From: Promethearchaeota archaeon | GTDB taxonomy: Archaea > Asgardarchaeota > Lokiarchaeia > Sigyniarchaeales > SOKP01 | DNA length: 64,000 bases | Assembly (NCBI GenBank): GCA_016839555.1 | Contig: JAEOUA010000006.1 | Location: forward strand, 352,001 to 416,000 | Direction of reading: 5' to 3' | Shown here: positions 1 through 10,735 of the stretch, one piece after another | Numbering within the stretch: position 1 is the stretch's first letter | How the letters are laid out: each line of letters opens with the position of its first letter | Program-made: the position numbers and the translations under genes | Notes under the pieces: generated by a model | Told to the model about the DNA's origin: nothing | What the model saw: only the letters and a program-made list of their open reading frames with translations | Database searches by the model: none

Positions 1-2
1 AT

Positions 3-650
3 GAAGCATTTGAGGTTTATAGCAATCTAGAAAAAAGTCATGAGAAAAAAAAGGATCTGATTGATCCCGAAACTGAATTCATCGGTCACTGCTCAAACCT
101 CCAAGCGTGGTATGAATATGATTACGATCTAAGAATTTTACATAGCAGCTTGTCAATTCCTTTACTCAAAAAAATGGCATTCCTGGGAGATAAAAAGGCA
201 ATTATTAAATTGAAAGAAAGTATTGCAACTAGAATAGCCTCAGGAAATTATAATACGATTATCTTCTACCTAAATGAGAAATACCTAGAACTATTTACTA
301 ATGAAGAATTGGAGGTAATTTTTGAAGAATGGCTAGAAACTAATACGAATTTCAGCCCTATGGAAAAAAGAAGATTATGGTATCCTCTACTTAAAGAATT
401 GATTGAAAGAAAAGTCTCTAAAGCTCAAAAAATCATTATGGAAGAAATAATTTCATCTTTAGAGGAGAAAAATTTTGAAACATTTCGCTATTTATTAACA
501 AATAATTACTTAAAGCTACTTAGCTTGGATGAACTTGAAGAAATTTATGATCTTATTCCTAAAAACGAAAAGGTTGCGCTAAAAAAAATCGAAAATCTAA
601 TTCTCAAAGCTACTATTAAAAATAGAAGAAATTTAGAAATTGAAGACTAA
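3..650 (+). CDS. Hypothetical protein, 5'-partial, carrying a Lokiarchaeia-type conserved helical domain
   Basis: The frame of ORF 150..650 is open back to base 3 (EAFEVYSNLEKS...PETEFIGHCSNLQAWYEYDYDLRILHSSLSIPLLKKMAFLGD). I recall this motif from an expanded lokiarchaeal family that is often fused to LRRs. Confidence 0.7.
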   Translation, partial: EAFEVYSNLEKSHEKKKDLIDPETEFIGHCSNLQAWYEYDYDLRILHSSLSIPLLKKMAFLGDKKAIIKLKESIATRIASGNYNTIIFYLNEKYLELFTNEELEVIFEEWLETNTNFSPMEKRRLWYPLLKELIERKVSKAQKIIMEEIISSLEEKNFETFRYLLTNNYLKLLSLDELEEIYDLIPKNEKVALKKIENLILKATIKNRRNLEIED

Positions 651-673
651 TAAAAATGCCAAGAATTTTCAAT

Positions 674-1501
674 CTATTTTATTGAATAATTTTTTTTCTG
701 TTTCTTTCCAGCAATTTTGATCTCATCGATGATTTCCTTGAGAGAGGATCCATTATCTTTCAAAATATTTTCTTCAAGATAACTCCCCATAACAATAATA
801 TCTGCTCCTGCTTCCACAAAACTCTTCGCATCTTCTTTTGTATTTACTCCCCCTCCTGCAATAATTGGAATCGATAATACCTGGGAACATAATGAGATAT
901 GTTTTGGGGGAATCCGATCACCACCAGAACCCGCTTCTAAATATACCATTCGAAATCCGTACATTTCAGCAGCCAACGCATATGCGGCAGTTAATTTTGG
1001 TTTATCCCTTGGTAAAAGTTTAGCTTTTCCAACCCATCCCGCTGTTGCGCCAGGTTCAATTATTAAATACGCCATAGAAATATGTTCAAGTCCAGAGATT
1101 TTTATAGGGTAAGAAGCTAAAGCTTGTTGACCAATAATAAAGTAGGGATCTTCTGAATTTAATAAAGACATAAATAAGATAGCATCTGCTTCACAACAAA
1201 AATTTGAAATTCCTCCAGGAAAGATAATAACTGGTACTTCTATCTTTTCTTTAATATTACATATTGTTTTTTCTACAAATCCTTGATCAATGATAGTACT
1301 TCCCCCTACTAAAATGGCATCTGTACCCGCTTCTTGAGCATATTTCGCTATTTTAGCAGCCACATTAGGGCTTTGATTAAAGGGATCGGGATCAATTAGG
1401 CTGAAGTGTAAAGCACCCTCTTCATTAATTTTTTTAATTAAATATGAATAAGTACTATTTTTTTCTGTTTTATTTATAGAAATATCTCCCATTTTTATCA
1501 C
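674..1501 (-). CDS. Geranylgeranylglyceryl phosphate synthase (GGGPS, group II)
   Basis: LIDPD, VGGS, FMSLLNS, YLEAGSG and GGG motifs. Confidence 0.95.
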   Translation of the reverse strand: MIKMGDISINKTEKNSTYSYLIKKINEEGALHFSLIDPDPFNQSPNVAAKIAKYAQEAGTDAILVGGSTIIDQGFVEKTICNIKEKIEVPVIIFPGGISNFCCEADAILFMSLLNSEDPYFIIGQQALASYPIKISGLEHISMAYLIIEPGATAGWVGKAKLLPRDKPKLTAAYALAAEMYGFRMVYLEAGSGGDRIPPKHISLCSQVLSIPIIAGGGVNTKEDAKSFVEAGADIIVMGSYLEENILKDNGSSLKEIIDEIKIAGKKQKKNYSIK

Positions 1502-1514
1502 TCTTTGATTATTC

Positions 1515-2909
1515 TCATTTATTAGTTTTTATACTAATAATCATTTTTTGAATTTTATTATAAATTTCTTCTACTTTTGTTTTCCATTCGTCAAAATTTG
1601 TAGAAATTTTTGGAAAATTTCTATATCTTTTAGAGATTTCATTCATTCTGAGTCGTAAATAATTAAGATCTAACAATAGATCAGGACGCATTATCCCCTT
1701 AAAGGCTTTGAAAGCCATATCAATTAAGGATAATGTAAGATCTCCGGTTTCTGCAATTTGTAAAATTTCTGACGCTGTTAAAAGATCTTTTTCTAATCCA
1801 AAATTTAAATCCGAATTTGTTAAGGATTGAAGAACTCTTCGTAACAAATCTAATGCCGCAAATTCCGCTCCAAAAGAGGTCATTACTTTTATATTATAAT
1901 CCCATAATTTCTCTAGGGAATAATCTCCACTATCTATTGCTCCGGAAGCGGTCAAAGCGGCATAATATCCCCCTCTCATTGATGGATCTATTCCCCCACC
2001 ATGCAAAGGATTTACTTGAAAGGCAGCATCTCCAACGAACATAATACCATTTTCAGCACAGGACCAGAGCGGGCGCCTAATTGGAGCAACCCCCCCACCA
2101 GAGGATAAAACTTCTATAGTTGGAGTAGTAATAAATTCTTTAAATACGTGTGTTTTGTAAAGTTCTTTTACTTTTCCACCATAATTCATGTATACTCCTA
2201 TACCAAGATTTAGGGAATAGTTGCCCTTGGGAAAATACCACATATACCCACCTGGAGCTTTATCTTGATCCAAAATTATAGATATATAGGTAGGATCTTT
2301 TACTTCTTGATCTTTTTTCGGAAACTTAATAATTTCCCGATAGCATAATATAGCATCCTTCTCAGAAATCTCGTTCTCAATCAAATCGCTCTCAATCTTT
2401 TTACGTAAAGGAGAATAAAGACCACTCGCATCAATCACTATTTTTGATTTGAGGTCTGCTTTTTCTCCGTTCTTTAACTTGACTTTTATTCCAGAAACAT
2501 GATTATTTCTATAGAGTAGGTCTATAGCCTTAGTATTATCTAAGAATTGATTGACTCCTGCGTCTAATGCCTCATTTAATAATCGTTGTCCAAATTTTAC
2601 GCGATCAACTATATAGCCCGTTTGTTTTGGGTCTTTCATCTCAATACATTTCTTTCGATTTGGAGAGTATAATTTTGCTCCTACTATTGGACATGATAAT
2701 TCCTCTCCTACTGGTGGTGCTATATCAAGTAGGTTAAAAATTTCTCTTCCCACTGCATCTCCGCATATTTTGGTCCCTATTTTGTTTTTGGCTTTACTAT
2801 CAATTAAACATACATCTAAGCCATTTTTCGCGGCAAACCGTGCCGCAGTGGTGCCACCAGTGCCAGCTCCAACGACAATAACATCAAATATTTGATCCAA
2901 AGAATCCAT
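1515..2909 (-). CDS. Geranylgeranyl reductase family FAD oxidoreductase (DGGGPL reductase)
   Basis: VGAGTGG FAD motif, KICGD, PGGYxWxFPKG, GDAAxxVNPLHGGG; directly upstream of GGGPS. Confidence 0.9.
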   Translation of the reverse strand: MDSLDQIFDVIVVGAGTGGTTAARFAAKNGLDVCLIDSKAKNKIGTKICGDAVGREIFNLLDIAPPVGEELSCPIVGAKLYSPNRKKCIEMKDPKQTGYIVDRVKFGQRLLNEALDAGVNQFLDNTKAIDLLYRNNHVSGIKVKLKNGEKADLKSKIVIDASGLYSPLRKKIESDLIENEISEKDAILCYREIIKFPKKDQEVKDPTYISIILDQDKAPGGYMWYFPKGNYSLNLGIGVYMNYGGKVKELYKTHVFKEFITTPTIEVLSSGGGVAPIRRPLWSCAENGIMFVGDAAFQVNPLHGGGIDPSMRGGYYAALTASGAIDSGDYSLEKLWDYNIKVMTSFGAEFAALDLLRRVLQSLTNSDLNFGLEKDLLTASEILQIAETGDLTLSLIDMAFKAFKGIMRPDLLLDLNYLRLRMNEISKRYRNFPKISTNFDEWKTKVEEIYNKIQKMIISIKTNK

Positions 2910-3103
2910 GAAAATCGTCTAGATTTATAAACTTATTTTAACCTAAGTTTTAATTATTTTTTATTATTTATTATTTTTTACCAAAATCACTATTCAATCT
3001 ATCTCAAAATACCTAATGGTTCAATCATGTGAATCTAAAATTGTTAAATTTTCCGTAAAATAATTTAGAAAATAAAAATGTTTTAAATTTTTTATATCTT
3101 CAA

Positions 3104-3895
3104 TCAAAACATCGAACTGAAATACACAATTAGAAATATAATTAAGGTCGTACCTATTGTAATGGTAAGATCATCCCAAGTTGAGGGACTGATTAATTCT
3201 ATAAAGGTGGCTACAAGACTCGTGAGCAAGGAATATAAAATAACTTCTCCAATAGATAATGTTAATTGAGTAGTCCCTATATTCAAAAATCCAAAAATAA
3301 AAAATGCTCCGAAACTTAAGATGAATGCACTTATTAACAAGATTAAAGAGCCTTCTACACTTCTTGTAGTTTTTGTCCACGAAAAGTTAATAAAATGCTT
3401 ACCATATTTTTTTCCAAACAGAGAAGCAAGGGTATCTGAAACGATCATAATCAATATTCCCGCAATGGCAAAATAAATTTGTTCTGGAAAGAAGATTGCC
3501 GCGATAGTGATAATGAGAGTAATTGCTAAACAATAATGAAAGGGACCTTGTAGATAGGGTCTCTCTAGCTCCTCTTCTGCCTCTTCGCCAATTGTATCGT
3601 ATAATTCTTTGAGTTTTTTAACTTTACTTTTTTTAGAACTAAGGAGAGTGACAATGGTTAACAGTCCAGCAATTATTGTGCCAAATAATTTCCACGTGAA
3701 AAATGGTGTGGCCAATACGGCAAGTCCAGCAAATAAATGAACAACCTTCCTCGCTTGGAATTTCGAAACCTTTTCTTTCTTATATAATTCCAACGGAACT
3801 ATTATTGTTATTCCAATGTAAACAAACGCTATGAGAACTACAATTAAGTCAATAAGAAGAGTTGATAAATTATAATTTGAAGGAAATAATTCCAT
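3104..3895 (-). CDS. Polyprenol/phytol/dolichol kinase family (SEC59/VTE5/DGK1) membrane protein
   Basis: RKxxH, DxxAxxxGxxxG, RSVEGS and DD motifs; multiple TM helices. Confidence 0.85.
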   Translation of the reverse strand: MELFPSNYNLSTLLIDLIVVLIAFVYIGITIIVPLELYKKEKVSKFQARKVVHLFAGLAVLATPFFTWKLFGTIIAGLLTIVTLLSSKKSKVKKLKELYDTIGEEAEEELERPYLQGPFHYCLAITLIITIAAIFFPEQIYFAIAGILIMIVSDTLASLFGKKYGKHFINFSWTKTTRSVEGSLILLISAFILSFGAFFIFGFLNIGTTQLTLSIGEVILYSLLTSLVATFIELISPSTWDDLTITIGTTLIIFLIVYFSSMF

Positions 3896-4151
3896 TTTAA
3901 ATACCTATTCTTTGTGATTATCGGTAAGAAATTTTTTTTTTTTATAAACTCTTTCCGATTTAGAAGAGTATTATATGTGACAAAATCATAATTAATTATA
4001 ATCTAATCAATATTAGTCATTTTATTATTAAAATAAATGTGATTAAGAATATCATAATAAGAAATTTAGATGTTATATAATTATAAAATGCATATATAAA
4101 GTTGGTTAAATATTTTTAATTTCTTAATTCATCTAAGTAGGGATAACAAAT

Positions 4152-5819
4152 ATGGGAGTTAAGAACCAAAAATTGGATGCTCTAAGAGCATATGAGAGGG
4201 CGTTATTCAGAGGTTGTGGGTTTTCATATGAAGATCTGCAAAAACCTAGAATTGCGATAGTTAATTCATGGAATGAAGTGAATCCTGGACATATCCATCT
4301 TAGAAATTTAAGTGCTTTCGTAAAAGAAGCTATTAGAAAGCATGGCGGCACGCCAATGGAATTTAATACAATAGGCGCATGTGATGGCATAGCAAATTCT
4401 GGAAATTTCTCAAAATATGTTTTGCCTTCAAGGGAAGTAATCGCAAATTCAGTTGAATGCATGATAAAAGCCTATAATTTTAATGGAATGGTAATGTTAT
4501 GCTCATGTGATAAAATCATTCCCGGAATGCTGTTAGCTGCTGTAAGGTGTGATATCCCCACTATTTTCCTAACAGGAGGGATAATGGAGGCTAAAACATT
4601 TACAGAAGGCCCTTTAAAAGGAAAAACTTTTGTCACCAGCGATATTAAGGAAGCAATTGGCATGTATAAAGCGGGAAAATTAACTTCGGAAGAGTTTTTT
4701 CAAATAGAATCTGAAACATGCACATCTCCTGGGGCTTGTAATATGATGGGTACCGCTAATACAATGGCTTGCATCGTAGAAGCAATCGGCTTATCTTTAG
4801 CTGGATGCGCTACTGCTGGTGCTCTTAGTAAAGAACGAGAAAAATTATGTCTTGAGACTGGGAAAGTAATATTAGAACTAATTGAGAAGAAAATCACCGC
4901 ACGAGATATAATCACTCCAATCTCAATGGAAAATGCTATAAAAACCGCCCTATCATTTGGAGGATCTTCAAACATGGTATTACATATGTGTGCTCTTTCT
5001 CATGAAATAGGAGGAAATTTGAATCATTTTGATTTTGAAAGTTTGAGTAGATCAGTTCCATTATTGGCAAAATTTAAACCCGCTTCAGACTATACTCTTA
5101 CCGATTTTCATAAAGTGGGAGGTGTGAAAAGAATAATGAAACATCTTTCACCTTTATTAGATTTATCAGCGATAAATGTAAGGGGCAAAACTTTGAAAAA
5201 ACATTTAGAAGATATACAAATCAAGGGGAGCCCCATAGTGAGAACTTTGGAAAATCCCTTAGAAGAGCAAGGGGGAATTGCAGTTTTAAAAGGAAACTTG
5301 GCACCAGAGGGGGCGATAGTAAAGCAGAGTGCCTTAAGCCCAAATATGAGATACCATAAAGGAGTCGCAAGAATATTTAATTCCGAGGAGGAAATAAAAG
5401 ATGCGTTATATGCGGGAGAAATAAAGGAAGGTTCTATATTAGTTATACGATATGAAGGTCCAAAAGGTTCTCCTGGAATGCGAGAATTATCTATTCCCGC
5501 AGCAATGTTAATTGGGATGGGATTAGGAGAATCGGTTTCTATGATAACAGATGGTCGTTATTCTGGAGCTACAAAAGGCCCTTGTATCGGTCATGTCTGT
5601 CCAGAAGCAATGGAAGGAGGTCCTATTGCGATAGTAGAGAATGGAGATATCATAGAAATTGATATTAATAATAGAGAGCTGAATCTGTTAGTTTCTAAAG
5701 AAGAGATTAAAAAAAGATTTAACAAGTGGACTCCTTTAAAACCTAAAATAACAGAAGGATATCTAAATATCTATCGAAAACATGTAGGTTCAGCTAAATA
5801 TGGAGCTTACTTGAAATGA
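4152..5819 (+). CDS. ilvD: Dihydroxy-acid dehydratase
   Basis: [44 protein letters not shown]. Confidence 0.93.
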   Translation: MGVKNQKLDALRAYERALFRGCGFSYEDLQKPRIAIVNSWNEVNPGHIHLRNLSAFVKEAIRKHGGTPMEFNTIGACDGIANSGNFSKYVLPSREVIANSVECMIKAYNFNGMVMLCSCDKIIPGMLLAAVRCDIPTIFLTGGIMEAKTFTEGPLKGKTFVTSDIKEAIGMYKAGKLTSEEFFQIESETCTSPGACNMMGTANTMACIVEAIGLSLAGCATAGALSKEREKLCLETGKVILELIEKKITARDIITPISMENAIKTALSFGGSSNMVLHMCALSHEIGGNLNHFDFESLSRSVPLLAKFKPASDYTLTDFHKVGGVKRIMKHLSPLLDLSAINVRGKTLKKHLEDIQIKGSPIVRTLENPLEEQGGIAVLKGNLAPEGAIVKQSALSPNMRYHKGVARIFNSEEEIKDALYAGEIKEGSILVIRYEGPKGSPGMRELSIPAAMLIGMGLGESVSMITDGRYSGATKGPCIGHVCPEAMEGGPIAIVENGDIIEIDINNRELNLLVSKEEIKKRFNKWTPLKPKITEGYLNIYRKHVGSAKYGAYLK

Positions 5820-6991
5820 TGGATAGCAAAAAAATAAAAAAAAATTTGGAAATGATTGCTTTTCCAAGACTTGCCGGAACAATATATGAACAACAGGCAA
5901 ATCAATTAATTAAAGCTGAAATTGAAAAATTAGGATTGAATCCAGAATCTCAAAAATTCACATTTTCCACATTTTATCCAAGAATTTATAAAAAGTTGGC
6001 TTTTACCTCAATATCTTGGTTGCTTATTGTATTTTTTATCTATATCAATACCATATTCATACTTATCAATATTATTATTCTTAGTCTTCTTTTTATCCCT
6101 CTAATACTTCTCACGCGAAATCCCGAAGATATAAGAATTGGAAAAAATTTTGAATCTGAAAATATATTTGTAAAAATTAACGCAAAAAATCAAGGTTCCA
6201 GGGAAAGATTCGACAAAAAATTTGAATTTTTATTATTATGTCATAAAGATTCAAAATCCCAAAGATTAACTATAACGATTCGGAGTATCAATATAAAAAT
6301 ATGGATTTATTCCCTCATTATAGCCGTAATTTGCTTGTTGTTAAAATATTTCTTTTTATCGAATATTTTTTTTAACATATTTGTTATATGTGTAATTGGA
6401 ATAAATTGTTTAAATACATTCTTAATAAATATAAATACTACAGGCAATAAATCTCCTGGGGCAATCGATAATGCATCAGGAGTGGCCATAGTATTAGAGC
6501 TATTAACTTACTTCTCTGAACCGAAAAATAGGCTTAAAAATATTGATCTCTGGTTTATCTTTACGGGAGCCGAAGAAAATGGTACAATGGGAATTAGAAA
6601 CTTTTATAAAAAGCATATAAAGCAATATCCTCATAAAGAATTAAGATATTTAAATTTTGATTCACTCGGATCTCATTTGGATACTTTTGCCGTGAAAAAT
6701 AAATTACAACACACGCAATTTTTTAAACTATTTGTTGAACTCTCTAAAGAATTAAATCCAACTTATCATATAAAATATTTTGTTTTTGCAGTGAATAGAA
6801 GCGATGGATATTATTTAAAGAATAAAAATTTTAAAGGATTAGGTTTTGCAGATAAAAAAGTATATAAATATATTCATTCATCCCAAGATACCGTAGATAA
6901 GGTCGATTCAGATTTTCTTGAGGCTTTTTGTAAGGTAATTGCTAAATTTCTCGAAGAATATGATAATAATATGGATAAAAACCTTATTTGA
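5816..6991 (+). CDS. Membrane-embedded M28 family zinc peptidase
   Basis: [25 protein letters not shown] and terminal HSSQD; two TM hairpins inserted; ATGA overlap with ilvD. Confidence 0.8.
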   Translation: MMDSKKIKKNLEMIAFPRLAGTIYEQQANQLIKAEIEKLGLNPESQKFTFSTFYPRIYKKLAFTSISWLLIVFFIYINTIFILINIIILSLLFIPLILLTRNPEDIRIGKNFESENIFVKINAKNQGSRERFDKKFEFLLLCHKDSKSQRLTITIRSINIKIWIYSLIIAVICLLLKYFFLSNIFFNIFVICVIGINCLNTFLININTTGNKSPGAIDNASGVAIVLELLTYFSEPKNRLKNIDLWFIFTGAEENGTMGIRNFYKKHIKQYPHKELRYLNFDSLGSHLDTFAVKNKLQHTQFFKLFVELSKELNPTYHIKYFVFAVNRSDGYYLKNKNFKGLGFADKKVYKYIHSSQDTVDKVDSDFLEAFCKVIAKFLEEYDNNMDKNLI

Positions 6992-7141
6992 AAAAAATTT
7001 TGAAAGATATGTAAATAAAAATGATATAAAAGAGTACATAAAGATTAATCAAAAAAATTGAAATAAGATTAAATTATGGAAAAAGATAAAAGAAGAAATA
7101 AAAGAAGTTTTATTAGAGAGACCGATTGGTTTTTACAATAG

Positions 7142-7786
7142 TTGTTTACTAGAATTCCTGCACCATATTTTGGTGTAATTGGATACTCCATATTTGGCTT
7201 TTTCATATCCTTTGCCTTAATATTATACATTTTTGAGGATCCTACATTTAGTATTTTTCAGAACTGGATTAGTCAATTAAGCGTGGGGACTAATGGCTCA
7301 AATATCTTTTTCTTCTTAGGAATAAGTATAGCAAGTCCATTTATGCTACTATTTCATTATTCGATAGTAAACTCATTTTATTATAAAACTAATAAAATTA
7401 ATACTTTATTATTCTTATATATCACAGCATCTATACAATCATTAGGAAGTTTTTTAGCAGGCATATTTCCATTAAACTTAAATAAAATACATGGATTTGT
7501 AGGTGAGATGTGTTTTTTTGGAGCAATGTTTTTTTATTCAGGGCTTTTATATTTATATATTAAAATCAAGGGTGAGGGGGGCCAAAAACTAATTTGGGTT
7601 GGTATTTGTTCTTTAGTAGTTATTATATTTAATGCGGCAAAGATATACACCGCAATCACAGGAAAGCTTTTTCCGGTGTTTCCTAATTATTTCTTAGAAT
7701 GGATTGTATATCTCACATTTCTAATTTCAAATTATAGATTAGCTTTTATTTTTTTAGAAGAGCAAGGATCAAAAAAAGTTGAATAA
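7142..7786 (+). CDS. DUF998-like multi-pass membrane protein
   Basis: NWISQLS, GIFP..H and LEW motifs; about 6 TM helices. Confidence 0.6.
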   Translation: MFTRIPAPYFGVIGYSIFGFFISFALILYIFEDPTFSIFQNWISQLSVGTNGSNIFFFLGISIASPFMLLFHYSIVNSFYYKTNKINTLLFLYITASIQSLGSFLAGIFPLNLNKIHGFVGEMCFFGAMFFYSGLLYLYIKIKGEGGQKLIWVGICSLVVIIFNAAKIYTAITGKLFPVFPNYFLEWIVYLTFLISNYRLAFIFLEEQGSKKVE

Positions 7787-7938
7787 AGAGTCTCATATTT
7801 CAATAAATCTATAATTGTTAATCTTTAAATAAGAATTCCACAAAGTATTGTAATACAGAGACTGCTATTCTGCTTGCCGTAGTAGCAGGACCTTTCGCTT
7901 TAGCGGCCATCCTATCATTATTTTTAAGACCTTATATA

Positions 7939-8175
7939 ATGAAAATTATTCGTAAAAAGGAGCTAAGAGAGATTGAAATCCCCTTTGTAGATAATAAGAA
8001 ATATTGTAGCAATTGCGGTGAAGAAACTTATTTACAAGATGTATATTGTAATAATTGTGGTGAAAAATTGATATTCGAAAATAAAATGGGTGTGTACAGA
8101 GGAAACTGTCCAAATTGTAATGAGTTATATTATGAAGGTGCGAAATATTGTACAAGATGCGGTTATAAATTATAA
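7939..8175 (+). CDS. Double zinc-ribbon protein
   Basis: Four CxxC pairs; the frame continues upstream into a hydrophobic segment (see findings). Confidence 0.8.
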   Translation: MKIIRKKELREIEIPFVDNKKYCSNCGEETYLQDVYCNNCGEKLIFENKMGVYRGNCPNCNELYYEGAKYCTRCGYKL

Positions 8176-8200
8176 TTATAATAAATTTTTTTTCTTTTAA

Positions 8201-9949
8201 TTATAATTCTTCTAATTCTTTTTCTTTTACCATTAATTTATTTATAAATTTTTCAAAATCTTTTAATTCAGAAGATTTATTTACTCTTTCAGTTGTAGAA
8301 TTATTGATATTTAAATCCGAAGAAAATATCTCATCTTCTTTGATTATAGGTTTTTTATTTTTATCTATTTTAAGTAAATCTTTCCCATTTTCTAATATGG
8401 GAGGTTTCTTAAGTTTTTGTTCTTCAACACCAGGTTCTTTTATATTTGTTTTGATGGGTATTTCTTCTTTAATTAAGTTTTTATTTAAAATTCTTTTATT
8501 ATTCTCATTTATTTCGAAGTTAGTTAAAGATTCTCTTGGTATAAAAGGATTCCACAATAAAAATGGTCTTTTAAAAGAATTCACACGAATAAGACAACGC
8601 CCTTTTTCTAAAATTGATAGATAATGCTCATCTATTTCATTTAAATTTAATAATTGACATTGAAATTCTTTTTCCATATGATTTTTGAATATTACCAATA
8701 TTCCACAATTTGCTAATATTTCCTCGCTTACTTGAGGTCGTGTTGCGATTGAAATCAAACATTCCCCCGTACCTCTTTGAAGCAATGCGATATCTTCGAG
8801 GTAAGTGGTTAATTTTGTCTGGTTAGTTAAATCTTTGGGAGCAAAATATTGCGCATCTTCGACAATGGTAATGTGTTTTATTCCTTTATATTCTCTGCTT
8901 CCTTTCGTGAGATTTTCATCCCATAAATATTTCAAAATCATATTAAGAAAAAATAAAGCATCTTCCTTTTCCCCACCAAGCCGTATAATTGAACTTAAAT
9001 CAATAATAATATTCTTTTTAAACAGTTCTTTTATTTTAAATTCGGTTTTTGTGCCAAAAATCGCTTTTAATGGGCCTATTGAGAAGCGTCTAATTCTATT
9101 TCTGATGCTTATTAATGTTTGCGCCAGCATGGGCACCTTATTTCGCTCTTTTTTCAGGTAAATTCCACATTGCTTATAGAATCCCTCCCAATTCTGCAGA
9201 CTTTTATTTTTACATACTTCTGTTAGCACATCGACCAATGCTTTTTGCATTTGAGGGGAGTACTCCGCAGTTTCATCCAAGAATTGCCCACTTTTTAAAA
9301 TATCAAAAATCCTTTCTGCATGAATTTCAGGATGAGCTCCTTCAGGATCAAATATATTTATAGAAAAATTTTCTCCCGGTCTAAAAACCAATACATCTTC
9401 AATTATATTTTGCAAAAAAATATACTCTGCTTTAAATTCAATAAGTAAAAAGGGAATTTCATACTTTTTTTTAAAATTTATTAAAAAATTTTGGACAAAA
9501 TTACTTTTACCCATCCCAGTAGAACCACATATAAACACATGTTTTTCAAGATCATCAAGAGACAGATTAAATCTATGTTTTTTTACATTCTGGTTCATAA
9601 TTTTACCAATAAAAATTTTACCTTTTCGAGCTCTTAATCTTGAAGGATATTCTAGATTTATAATATCATCGTCAGAATACGTTATAGAGATAATATAGAT
9701 TCCAGAAGAAATGAATAGAAGAAACTGAGAAAGAAATACCATTATTGTATCATATGGTTGAGAAGGAAGTTCAGAAGGTACATATCGAGTAAAATTGATA
9801 AGAAAATCTAAAAAAAGAACGAAAATCATAAGTGGTATGATATAATTTAAATACTTTAGGTTGAATTCTCTAACTTTTGAAATATAATATATAATAGTTA
9901 CTATATTCAAAATTATAGTAAAAATGAGATTGAGTTGAATAAAGTACAT
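8201..9949 (-). CDS. Membrane-anchored HerA/FtsK/VirB4-like (DUF87) ATPase
   Basis: Three N-terminal TM helices, Walker A GSTGMGKS, IIIDLS, variant Walker B ITIVEDAQ, ATRP (TQxP-like), GRCLI. Confidence 0.8.
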   Translation of the reverse strand: MYFIQLNLIFTIILNIVTIIYYISKVREFNLKYLNYIIPLMIFVLFLDFLINFTRYVPSELPSQPYDTIMVFLSQFLLFISSGIYIISITYSDDDIINLEYPSRLRARKGKIFIGKIMNQNVKKHRFNLSLDDLEKHVFICGSTGMGKSNFVQNFLINFKKKYEIPFLLIEFKAEYIFLQNIIEDVLVFRPGENFSINIFDPEGAHPEIHAERIFDILKSGQFLDETAEYSPQMQKALVDVLTEVCKNKSLQNWEGFYKQCGIYLKKERNKVPMLAQTLISIRNRIRRFSIGPLKAIFGTKTEFKIKELFKKNIIIDLSSIIRLGGEKEDALFFLNMILKYLWDENLTKGSREYKGIKHITIVEDAQYFAPKDLTNQTKLTTYLEDIALLQRGTGECLISIATRPQVSEEILANCGILVIFKNHMEKEFQCQLLNLNEIDEHYLSILEKGRCLIRVNSFKRPFLLWNPFIPRESLTNFEINENNKRILNKNLIKEEIPIKTNIKEPGVEEQKLKKPPILENGKDLLKIDKNKKPIIKEDEIFSSDLNINNSTTERVNKSSELKDFEKFINKLMVKEKELEEL

Positions 9950-9993
9950 TTAGAATATTTTCTGAACTAATGTTTTAAACTGCACTATTATTT

Positions 9994-10707
9994 TTGAGTA
10001 ATCCTTTTGAAATGAGTTTAAATATTTTAAATTGGAATAAAAAATGGATGTTAATGAGTTTTATTTTTCAATTATTTTTCTCCGAAAATTCAACTTTATA
10101 TACTGGCATTCCGGATATTGTAAATGGATTAGAAGAGTTATGTATGTCTATAAATGAATTTTTACTCCTTTTATTTGGCTATATGAAGTATATTTTTGCC
10201 CTGATATTGATAATACTTGGAATAATGACTCTTTTAAGATATCGAGGGATTTATATTCTCCAAAGATATAGTCAAAATTCCTATGATAAAAAGGAAAAAA
10301 TTACTGAAAAATTAAAAAAAACTCACGTGATTCTTGGAATTGTATATATTTTCACAGGATTCGGAATTATCTTTAATTATTTAATATATATCTTAATATG
10401 GGTCTTAGATCCACTCCCTGATGGACTTTTTTTTCAATTTCTTGATATTGGTGGTATGATTGAACCTCAATATATTCTCAGGATTTCAAATATAGATTTT
10501 GCAATTCAGCCTCATGAAAAAACAATTTATATTTGTGTGGCTTATTTTTCTTTACTTTCTTTGATCCAAATTTCAACAAGTATCTGGTTTATCTCAAAAG
10601 GAGGACAGCTTTTAACCCATCCCAACATGACCTACTCAATTTTAATTTCAGGAGTAATGGAAGGAATTTTAGCAGGATTTACCACATGTCTTCCATTTAT
10701 GATATAA
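9994..10707 (+). CDS. Hypothetical 4-TM membrane protein (true start probably ATG 10048 or 10054)
   Basis: Long ORF with four hydrophobic segments; divergent from the ATPase gene. Confidence 0.7.
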   Translation: MSNPFEMSLNILNWNKKWMLMSFIFQLFFSENSTLYTGIPDIVNGLEELCMSINEFLLLLFGYMKYIFALILIILGIMTLLRYRGIYILQRYSQNSYDKKEKITEKLKKTHVILGIVYIFTGFGIIFNYLIYILIWVLDPLPDGLFFQFLDIGGMIEPQYILRISNIDFAIQPHEKTIYICVAYFSLLSLIQISTSIWFISKGGQLLTHPNMTYSILISGVMEGILAGFTTCLPFMI

Positions 10708-10735
10708 AATTAGGTAAAATTAGATTAAATAATGA

